Positions 1 to 8,042 of a stretch of 64,000 nucleotides of DNA are shown piece by piece. The notes below the pieces were generated by a model that did no database searches, was not told where the DNA came from, and worked only from the letters and a program-made list of their open reading frames with translations. This DNA comes from an uncultured Chloroflexia bacterium (GTDB taxonomy: Bacteria > Chloroflexota > Anaerolineae > Promineifilales > UBA4811): assembly GCA_963707345.1 (NCBI GenBank), contig CAVPPE010000002.1, positions 1,015,028-1,079,027 on the forward strand, in the 5' to 3' direction. A program made the position numbers and the translations under genes. The stretch's first letter is position 1; each line of letters starts with the position of its first letter.

Positions 1-538
1 ACTGCTGACCGTCACACACAATGTCCCGGTCGACATGGTGGGGGTCTCCCTGCTGCTGATTGGTGCACTGGCTTACGCCGTCCAACTGGTCATCGGTCAG
101 CGGGTACTGTACGACATCCCCGCCCCTACCATGACCCTTTACTCCATCAGCGCCATGGCACTGGTCGTGACCATCGCCTGGCTGTTAAACGGCGGTCCAG
201 AATTTACCAGTCTGAACAGCGCGGGCTGGGAGGCCCTGCTGGCTTTTGCCGGGGTGACAACGCTCTCCCGCCTGACTCTCTTTCAGGGGGTGAAAAAGAT
301 GGGCAGCGTGCAGACCGCGATGCTGGGGGTGAGTGAAGTTCTGGTGACTGTCCTGTTCGCGATGCTGTTCTTGGGCGATGTGCTGGTGACCCAACAGTGG
401 TTTGGTGCTGGACTGATGGCATTGAGCGTGATGCTACTAGTTGCCGAAAAGGACGTGCCCCGCCTGGTCCCCTTCCCACTCATTTCTTGGGTCGTCAAAC
501 TCTCTATGCTTACCCAGCGGCGCGGCCGGCAAAAATAG
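1..538 (+). CDS. EamA/DMT-family transporter, C-terminal half (5' end upstream of window)
   Basis: The frame of ORF 35..538 stays open back to nt 2. Strongly hydrophobic multi-TM sequence of EamA type. Stop TAG at 536-538. Confidence 0.7.
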   Translation, partial: LLTVTHNVPVDMVGVSLLLIGALAYAVQLVIGQRVLYDIPAPTMTLYSISAMALVVTIAWLLNGGPEFTSLNSAGWEALLAFAGVTTLSRLTLFQGVKKMGSVQTAMLGVSEVLVTVLFAMLFLGDVLVTQQWFGAGLMALSVMLLVAEKDVPRLVPFPLISWVVKLSMLTQRRGRQK

Positions 539-539
539 C

Positions 540-1346
540 CTAGCCGTACCCACCCCCGGCCGGGTTAATCGCAAAGGCATAGCCCGCTCCGCGGACGGTG
601 ACAATCAGTTGGGGATCGGCCGGGTCGCGCTCCATCTTTTGCCGCAACCGGCTGACGTGAACCCGCACTATCCCACTCGCTTCTTCCGGCTCGCAACGAT
701 ACCCCTGCACCCGATAGACCAGCTCTTCCGCGCTCACCGGCCGGCCCTCGGCCGCCATCAGGCACGACAGCATCTCGAATTCGGTCGGCGTCAGCGAGAG
801 GGGGGCTCCGTCCAGCATTGCCGTGCGTCGATCCAGGTTTAGCGTCACCCCCCGGCCGCGCAGGATATGATCCTCTTCCGTGGCGCGAGCGGGGCGTTCC
901 ACCTGCTGCAGCACCGCCAGCGCGTCCGCCAGCGCTCCCACCACCGACTGGCGTTCCAACGCCTGTTTCCGCTTATCCAGCGCCTGTTTCACACTCGTAA
1001 GGATCGTTTCGGGCAGCGCCGGCTTGAGCAAATAGTCCGAAGCGCCCTGCCGCAGCGCCTCGACGGCCGTGTCTAACGTGCCGTACGCGGTCAGCAGCAC
1101 AAACTCGGTCGCCGGCCGGAACTCCTGGCACGCAGCCAGCACTGCCAACCCACCCACATCCGGCATCTTCAAGTCACAGAGCACCATATCAAAATCCTGC
1201 GCCTTGAGGAATTGGATAGCGGCCGCACCCCCATCTACCGCCATCACCTCGTACCCCTCCATCCGCAAAATCTCCGCCAACGAGAGGCGGGCCGAGCGCT
1301 CGTCGTCCACCACCAAAATCCTGCCTGGGCGCGCCTCTTGCCTCAT
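540..1346 (-). CDS. OmpR/PhoB-family response regulator
   Basis: Receiver domain (ILVVDDE, DMVLCDLKMPD, LLTAY, DYLLKP) plus winged helix (LTPTEFEML...VHVSRLRQK...TVRGAGY). The start overlaps the kinase stop (ATGA at 1343-1346). Confidence 0.9.
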   Translation of the reverse strand: MRQEARPGRILVVDDERSARLSLAEILRMEGYEVMAVDGGAAAIQFLKAQDFDMVLCDLKMPDVGGLAVLAACQEFRPATEFVLLTAYGTLDTAVEALRQGASDYLLKPALPETILTSVKQALDKRKQALERQSVVGALADALAVLQQVERPARATEEDHILRGRGVTLNLDRRTAMLDGAPLSLTPTEFEMLSCLMAAEGRPVSAEELVYRVQGYRCEPEEASGIVRVHVSRLRQKMERDPADPQLIVTVRGAGYAFAINPAGGGYG

Positions 1347-4279
1347 ATCTGTTCCGCGGCCTCCTCGCCAATGGGGAATTGCAGCATAAACTTGGTCCCT
1401 TGCCCCACCACGCTTTCTACCTGGATGCGCCCATCGTGTGCCTCCACAATCCCATAGGTGATGGCGAGGCCCAGCCCGGTGCCCAACTCCTTGGTGGTAA
1501 AAAAGGGTTCGTAGATGCGCGCCAAGTCATCGGCCGGAATGCCCCGACCGGTATCGCCGATAGTTATGCCAACGTGCCGGTTGTCCGGCCGGTTGGTAGC
1601 AATCGTCAACCGGCCGCCGTTTGGCATCGCATCCACGGCGTTCAAGATCAGGTTCAAAAAGACCTGCCGCAGGTTGTTGGGAATGGCCAGCACGTATGGC
1701 AACTTGGGGTCCAAGTATTGCTCGGTGACAATACTGCTGTGTTCTAGCTGTCTGCCCACCAACGCCAACACATCGTTCAGCAGCAGATTGACGTCGGTGG
1801 CTGAACGCGTCTCCCCGGTCGCCGGCCGGTAAAAGTTGAGCATGCGGTTGACAATTGCCATCAACCGCTCCACTTCCTCTTGTGCCATCCCCAGGTAAAC
1901 GCCCCGTTTGTCGGGCGGTAAGTCGGGATGGCGTGAAAGGTGGAGGCAGTTATTGAGCGACTGAAGCGGGTTGTTTATCTCGTGAGCCAGGGAGGCCGCC
2001 AACCGGCCGATAGCGGCCGCCTTTTCCGCCTGGACTAGGTTGGCCTGTGCCCGCTGCAAATCACTCATGCGCAGTTCCAGCGCTTCGAACAACTGCACAT
2101 TGCGGACTGCAATCGCCGCCTGCGGGGCCAGCAATTCCAGCAGGTACATTTCCTGGGCCGCAAACGGCTCGTCGGCCTCCGGCCGAAAGACCCCCATCAC
2201 ACCCACCACCTGCTCCCGCCAGCGCAAGGGGACCAGACCGCAGGAAAGCGAAAGATCTGGGGCATCGACAATGGAAAGCGCCACAGTCTGGGATAACGGA
2301 CGGACGTCCTCCACCACGTGCTGCGCCAGCCTTCGCCCGGCCGCCATCACCCCCTCGCCCCACGGCAGATCGCTGGCAGCCACCACCAGCCTTTCCAACT
2401 GGGGCTCAAGCAGGTAAATCACCCCGCCGGCCGCGTTGACAAGGTTTTGCGCCCGCATCAGCAGCCGGTCCACCAGTTCCGGCAGGGAGAGCTGCGCGGT
2501 GATATCCAACGCCAACGCCTGCAGCGCCGCCAACTCTTGCACCGCCTGCTTGGTTTCCTGATACAATCGCGCATTCTCCAGCGCGATGCCAGCCTGGGTG
2601 GCCAGCGTTTGTGCCAGTCGGATCTCCTCCGGCGAAAAGCGGTGAAACTCGGCCTGATGTGCCAGCTCGACCAATCCCACCAGACGGTTGTGCGCCACCA
2701 GCGGCAGAATCAGCACCGACTGGATTCCTCCACGGCTCATCGCCTGCGCGATAGCCTCCCCCAGCGTAGGATCGTCGCGGTAGAGCGCCAGTGGTTTGCG
2801 GCTACCAAGCAAATGATTCCGCATGAAATTCTCCACGCCGGAGCGGGAGGCCCGGCCTTTGGCGGCCGGGATGAGGGTTGGCCCGGTAGCAAAACGGGTG
2901 ATCAACGAATTGGTTGGACTATCCCACAATGCCAACCGGCCGCCATCCACCCGCGTCACCGTAATCAGCCGCTGCATGACCAGCGCCACAATACCCGCCA
3001 GGTCCAGCTCGGCCGAGCTGACTGCCACGGTGACATCGTACAACTGGGAGAGTTCGGCCGCCCGCTGGCGAGTGGCTTCGTACAGCCGGGCGCTTTGCAG
3101 GGCGGTGGCTAATTGACCCGCCACAATCTCCAGCAGGCGCACCTCTTTGTCGTCAAATGCGCCGGGGCGGCCGCTCTGCGCATCCAGCACGCCAATCACC
3201 CAACTACCCAGCTTGAGCGGCACGCACAACTCGGAGCGAGCGCCGGGCAGCAGCGAAACGGCATCCCGCAGAGTTGCCAGGTCCGCGACCAGGGCCATCT
3301 CGCCCGTCTCCGCCACCCGGCCGATGACCCCATCTCCCAACAACACGCGTGCATCGCCATTGCCGACTACGCGGTACGGAGATGCATTATGCAGAAACAG
3401 CGTCTCGTTGCCCTCGTCCACCAAGAACAGGTTGACCTGCTCGCAGCCCAGCCCGGCCTGGATCGCCTGCAAAGCCCGGCCGACCGCCTGGTCGAAATCA
3501 GACTCACCGGAGAGCGGCATGCCGATCTCGTACAGTAGCGACATCTCTTCCAGCCGCCGCTGCGTGACCTGGTACAGATGAGCGTTCTCCAGAATCACCG
3601 CCAGCCGGCCGGTGAGCCGCTCCAGAACCTGTCCATCCTGGGCCGTAAAGCCGCCCCGCTTGTTGGCAAGCCTAACACACCCCACCAGCCTGTCGCCGGA
3701 GAAAAGCGGGCTCAACAAGGCGTTGTGCTCGCCCGGCAATGGCGTGGGCTCCCTGTCTGGTTCAAAGCTATTGAAAGCCGCTGGCGTTTGCATCCCGGCC
3801 AGTTGGCTCCCGGCCGCCTCCACCCGCTCGTGCAACTCCCTGGTCGCCTCTTGCGAAAAGCCATAAGCCGGCATGGCCACCTGAAACGCATCCTCTTTGT
3901 CCAGATGCCGGAGGATAAGAGCGCACCGTTGCGCCCCCATCTGGTCGGCCAGTTGCCGCGTGAGCCAGCGGTAGAGCTGGGTAGGCGCGGTCATCATCCC
4001 AGCCGCGCGGGCAACCCACTCCAGCGTCAGGGCATCCCCATCACCCCCCGCAGACACAGCAGGCGGTGAGCCCGACGGGGATTGGGTCGCAGGCGCTGAT
4101 TTGCGGCGGCCCAGCCACAGACCAACGGCAACGGCCAGCAGCAGAGCGCCCAGGGCGGCCAGCCCGGCCGCAGGCAGATCAAGCGCTCCGATAATCCAAA
4201 GCGCGGCCAATGGCAGCAGCGCAACCACGCCGACGGCCGCCGCGATGGTCCAATGTAGTGCGAAGCGCTGGCTGATCAA
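1343..4279 (-). CDS. Membrane sensor histidine kinase with about four GAF-like repeats
   Basis: N-terminal TM helices and repeated GAF-like blocks. H-box LAASLAHEINNPL; ATPase boxes NLILNAVDAM, DTGRGI, GTGLGLAI. 978-aa intact ORF. Confidence 0.9.
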   Translation of the reverse strand: MISQRFALHWTIAAAVGVVALLPLAALWIIGALDLPAAGLAALGALLLAVAVGLWLGRRKSAPATQSPSGSPPAVSAGGDGDALTLEWVARAAGMMTAPTQLYRWLTRQLADQMGAQRCALILRHLDKEDAFQVAMPAYGFSQEATRELHERVEAAGSQLAGMQTPAAFNSFEPDREPTPLPGEHNALLSPLFSGDRLVGCVRLANKRGGFTAQDGQVLERLTGRLAVILENAHLYQVTQRRLEEMSLLYEIGMPLSGESDFDQAVGRALQAIQAGLGCEQVNLFLVDEGNETLFLHNASPYRVVGNGDARVLLGDGVIGRVAETGEMALVADLATLRDAVSLLPGARSELCVPLKLGSWVIGVLDAQSGRPGAFDDKEVRLLEIVAGQLATALQSARLYEATRQRAAELSQLYDVTVAVSSAELDLAGIVALVMQRLITVTRVDGGRLALWDSPTNSLITRFATGPTLIPAAKGRASRSGVENFMRNHLLGSRKPLALYRDDPTLGEAIAQAMSRGGIQSVLILPLVAHNRLVGLVELAHQAEFHRFSPEEIRLAQTLATQAGIALENARLYQETKQAVQELAALQALALDITAQLSLPELVDRLLMRAQNLVNAAGGVIYLLEPQLERLVVAASDLPWGEGVMAAGRRLAQHVVEDVRPLSQTVALSIVDAPDLSLSCGLVPLRWREQVVGVMGVFRPEADEPFAAQEMYLLELLAPQAAIAVRNVQLFEALELRMSDLQRAQANLVQAEKAAAIGRLAASLAHEINNPLQSLNNCLHLSRHPDLPPDKRGVYLGMAQEEVERLMAIVNRMLNFYRPATGETRSATDVNLLLNDVLALVGRQLEHSSIVTEQYLDPKLPYVLAIPNNLRQVFLNLILNAVDAMPNGGRLTIATNRPDNRHVGITIGDTGRGIPADDLARIYEPFFTTKELGTGLGLAITYGIVEAHDGRIQVESVVGQGTKFMLQFPIGEEAAEQI

Positions 4280-4423
4280 CTTCCACCACCTCTACGTGTC
4301 ATACGACGCGCCATTCACGCCTGTACTATACCAAACAAACGGCACAAAGGCGAACACACGCAAGGCCATCGTGTGCACTCAAATGTTGTGAGTGACCCGA
4401 CTCTAGCAGGATGGTGATCGGGG

Positions 4424-4471
4424 GGGGGTAGGGATGGGGCGCTTCGCGCCCCATCCCTACCCCCTGTTTTT
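4424..4471. repeat. REP-like perfect palindrome (19-bp stem, loop TTC) followed by a T-run on the + strand
   Basis: gggggtagggatggggcgc (4424-4442) pairs perfectly with gcgccccatccctaccccc (4446-4464), then tgttttt. Related hairpins occur at 7944-7980, 26981-27007 and 44473-44499. Confidence 0.6.
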
Positions 4472-4510
4472 CTTCCGCGACAACAACTTTTGCGCGCACG
4501 CAGGCCATCT

Positions 4511-4939
4511 CTAGCGGATATGATCGATCACCATGCGGGAAAAGCTCGGGTCGCGCCGCAGAAAACGAATTTCCACCGGGTCTCCCGGTGTCAGTCGCCG
4601 GTACACGGATAGCGGCACCTGCTGCCTGGCCGCATAGCCATCGCCAAACTGGTAGGCCACGTAGCAGTCCCGACGGTCTTCGTCGTCGGAGCGGGTCCAC
4701 TTTCCAATGATTGTGCCCTTGGCCGTGACCCCTTCGCGATCCAATTCCTGCGCCACCGGAAACTGGCGGGCGGCTACTACCCCTAACACCAGTAACAACA
4801 GGCCAATGAGACCGAAAACAACTACCGTGGCCGTTATTTCGCCCATATCGGCCGCTCGCCAAGCGCTGTACCCGATCAGAATCAGCCCCAATGCGACCGA
4901 TAAGATCATACGCACCATGATTGTGTTTCCAGCGGGCAC
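4511..4939 (-). CDS. DUF3592-like small membrane protein
   Basis: Two N-terminal TM helices, then a beta-rich domain ending ...YVAYQFGDGY...GDPVEIRFLRRDPSFS, which is the DUF3592 pattern. Confidence 0.55.
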   Translation of the reverse strand: MPAGNTIMVRMILSVALGLILIGYSAWRAADMGEITATVVVFGLIGLLLLVLGVVAARQFPVAQELDREGVTAKGTIIGKWTRSDDEDRRDCYVAYQFGDGYAARQQVPLSVYRRLTPGDPVEIRFLRRDPSFSRMVIDHIR

Positions 4940-5183
4940 GGCTTTTTGCTTGGGCCGGCCGGAACTCGATCCGCCTCATTTCCGCATCTCCTTGTGTGCT
5001 TGCAACCTGGTCAGCTGGAAAATCTGCCTGACCACTCCATTAAAGCGGCACTCCTCGTGCTCCACAACCATTATACTGGATTTTGTCCAGCCTTGGCGCT
5101 GCGTCCCCAGGACGATTGCTCCAACCTGGTTTCGGTGGCGCAATTTCTAAAAAAGTGGGAACGGGGGGGGCTGCCCGGCCGGC

Positions 5184-6435
5184 CTAAAAATCGGTGAAGC
5201 AGATTGGCCTATCGGCCGCCTCAAAGAGCGCGCCAGCCGCTTCCACGTAGGCGGGGTCGGAGATGCGAGCCAGTCCGTAGCGAACCAGGTGCCGGAAGGG
5301 AATCGCTCCGACCAGCAATGCGGACCAGTCGGCCACATCCCACCAGACTTCCACTTGGTGCGGCGCGGCCGGGTCCATCACCTGCGCCGCGCCATCGCGG
5401 AAATGGATCACCGTGCTGCCGTGGTTGGACGGGTAAAAACTGTCCGCGACCGTGACCTTGAGTTGCAGCGTCCGGCCGCCAAAGCTGTGGCTTGCCATCT
5501 GCGCCAGCAGCCCGGCCGTGTCCACCACCCGATACATGATCCCCACTCCGGAGACATTGCTCTGGTGGTAAACTGAGGGGATGAGGTGGTTCGAGTTGTC
5601 GCGCGGGTCGCCCAGCAGGCGAAAGATGTGCTCGTCCTGCGTGTTGAGCACCACGTGCCGGATCTGATCCGCCTGACTGTGCAGGAAGGTGCACAGCTCG
5701 GCCAGCGCCTCCGGCGTCTCGTAGATCAACTCGCGCACCACCAGGTCGTTCTGGATAAAGTGAGACCCCTTTTCAAAGGCAAACATGAGGTAGCCCTGCG
5801 CCAGGTTGCCATCCTTGACTCCGACGACGTGGACATTGGAGTTGGTGAACACGCGGTCCCAATCAGACCGGTTTCGCGTCATTAGCCCGTGGGTGCGCGC
5901 CAGGAACTCGGTCATAGCAAGCCGCGGCCGCTTCGCGGTCGGCCTCACCCAGCAATGCCACGCGGGATTTGGACGACCCCTTGGGAAAGCTGTCCGGCCG
6001 CAGGCGATACTGGTGTATCTGCGAACCAAGCCCAAAGCCCATCCGCTTGTAAAAGTCCGGCCGGAAGGGGTACAGCACGGCCAAATAGGCCTCGTGTTCC
6101 CTACACCAATCCAGAAAAAAGGTCATCAGTTCCTTGGCTACCTTTTCCTTTTTGTGTGCCAGGTGGACCGCCACCATCCCTAGCCCTCCGGCCGGGATGC
6201 GCGTCTCGAACATCTGCATCCGGAAATCGTGCAACCGCATGCCACCCACCAACTCGCCATCGCGGAAGAGGCCGTAATAGTCCACCGTCGGGTTCTCATG
6301 TTGGGTGGCAACAAAGCGCTTCAACACCTGTTCCTGGGCCTCCTCGCCGAACAGATCGAATCCCGGGTACGCACGGGCCGCAATATCCACATAGTTGGCC
6401 AGATCATCATCGTTCAACTTTCTAATCACGCTCAT
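5184..6435 (-). CDS. Eis-like GNAT N-acetyltransferase with C-terminal SCP2-like domain; one apparent frameshift near 5910
   Basis: ORF 5863..6648 (from MSVIRKLNDDD at 6435) carries the GNAT core (GGLGMVAVHLAHKKEKVAKELM). ORF 5184..6035 continues the same protein in another frame (EFLARTHGLMTRNRSDW...). The ATG overlaps the larA-like stop by 1 nt. Confidence 0.7.
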
Positions 6436-7706
6436 CACACCTCCAAGACAGGAATGGTCTGTGGCCCTTCCGTAAAGACACACACGGAAGCGGCCGGACC
6501 ATACCGCTCCATCAGTTCTGCCAAAGTGTGTTCCACGCTGCGGCACGGCCGCAACAGGGCCTGGCGTATCTGCAAGTCGCTCAACCCATCGCTGTACAAA
6601 TGCACTTCTGCCTTGAGTTGCACCTGCGCCTGCACTTGAACCTCCCACTGATCCATGCAGCGAACGCCGGGCGCATTCACCCGCTCCAGCATGGCCTGCG
6701 GGCTAGCGGCCGCTCGCAAAAGGTTGGCGTACTCGCCGTGCTCAGGCAACCCATCCGAGCACTCGGCCGCCAGGATGATAGCGCCGCCCGGCCGGATTGC
6801 CCTGGCAGCAGCAGACATACCCTTTACCGACTGGTAGAGGTTCAAATCCAGCGGGTAGCCAGAGTTGGTGGTGATGGCAATATCGTACAGGTGCGGGATG
6901 GGCACGATGGCGGAACGGGCGCAGAAGGCACAGCCGGCCGCATGGGCCGCCTGCAGGTCGCCAGCGAACACCCCGGTAATCTGGCGCGCCTTGTTCAAAG
7001 TTACGTTGAGCAAAAAGGCCGGCCCGGCCGCCAGCGCCACCTCCAGCATCTCCTGCCACACCGGGTTGCCGTGGGTCACCCCCCAGGTTGCATTGGGGTG
7101 CCCCACCATTTCAGCACCATGATTCGCCAAAATGGACTCCAGCCCGGCGATGGAGGGAAACACCGCCTTGGGCCCGCCACTAAAGCCGGCAAACAGGTGC
7201 GGCTCGATGAACCCGGTCAGGATTCTGAAATCGGCCTCCAGATAGGTCCGGTTGACGTACACCGGGTGGCCAAAGCTATTCACCCCAACCAGTTCCAATT
7301 GCGCAAGGTCGCCCGCGTCGTGTTGCAGACAGCGATAGTTGGCAACTATCTGGGCGCCCAGCATCTCCTCCAACTCTGCCTGGGTCTGCGGCCGGTGGGT
7401 GCCCAGCCCGTTGAGCAGCGTGATGTCATCCCGGCCGACTCCGGCCGCTTCCAGCTCTTCCAGCAAAACGGGCAGCGCGCGATCGTTGGGCATCGGCCGG
7501 GTTAGATCGCTATGGACCACCACTACCCGGTCGCCCGGCCGAACCAACTCCCGCAGCGGTGGCGACTCAATCGGCCGGCACAGCGCGTCCCGGATCGCGG
7601 CCGGTTCATCCGCCAAGCCAGTGACCGGACGCGATTCAAAGAGTCGCGCCGTGCCCGGCAGGTCCACCAGCAAGCCGTTCTTGCCATATGCCAGATTTAC
7701 TTGCAT
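6435..7706 (-). CDS. larA: LarA-family (DUF2088) nickel-pincer-dependent 2-hydroxyacid racemase/epimerase homolog
   Basis: Start chosen at MQVNLAYGKNG (ATG 7706). Hallmark LarA blocks: VVVHSDLTRP, GLGTHRP, FIEPHLFAGFSGGPK, THGNP, LDLNLYQSVKG. About 423 aa, as in LarA. Confidence 0.8.
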   Translation of the reverse strand: MQVNLAYGKNGLLVDLPGTARLFESRPVTGLADEPAAIRDALCRPIESPPLRELVRPGDRVVVVHSDLTRPMPNDRALPVLLEELEAAGVGRDDITLLNGLGTHRPQTQAELEEMLGAQIVANYRCLQHDAGDLAQLELVGVNSFGHPVYVNRTYLEADFRILTGFIEPHLFAGFSGGPKAVFPSIAGLESILANHGAEMVGHPNATWGVTHGNPVWQEMLEVALAAGPAFLLNVTLNKARQITGVFAGDLQAAHAAGCAFCARSAIVPIPHLYDIAITTNSGYPLDLNLYQSVKGMSAAARAIRPGGAIILAAECSDGLPEHGEYANLLRAAASPQAMLERVNAPGVRCMDQWEVQVQAQVQLKAEVHLYSDGLSDLQIRQALLRPCRSVEHTLAELMERYGPAASVCVFTEGPQTIPVLEV

Positions 7707-7914
7707 GCGCCACCTCAGGGTCACTATGGCGCGATTGTAGCACAAATCCTGCAACACTGCTTTTGAAGATGCGCTTGCTCCAGGGCAGTTGCTCCAACCC
7801 GTTTTCGGTGGCGCGGTCTTTATCAATGGGAGAAGTGGAGGGCTTTGTCTCACCAACTCTCCCACTCTTCCACCTTTTGTGAGAGCAACGGGCCAAGATA
7901 CAATTACGCTGAAG

Positions 7915-8017
7915 GTAACCGTTCAGGCAGTGTAAGGTTTTATGGGGGGTGTGCGGGCGCTCTACGCCCGCACACCCCCCATCTGACCACGCCAATGCCA
8001 TTGGGCTGAGCAGTTAC
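7915..8017. mobile_element. 103-bp MITE with IS66-type termini (copy 2)
   Basis: Ends gtaaccgttcagg / tgagcagttac match the IS66 copy termini (gtaactgttcagg / tgaacagttac) with 1 mismatch each. Flanking 8-mers are cgctgaag (7907-7914) and ccctgaag (8018-8025), 7/8 identical. The core is a 16-18 bp perfect hairpin (7944-7980). Confidence 0.6.
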
Positions 8018-8042
8018 CCCTGAAGATGAAATTGCTCCTATT

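Noticed and set aside
4280-4471. A small RNA gene on the + strand ending at the 4424-4471 hairpin plus T-run.
   Set aside because: I found no convincing promoter upstream (only a weak tactat at 4324-4329 without a -35 element). The hairpin belongs to a dispersed repeat family, so the terminator-like shape may be incidental.
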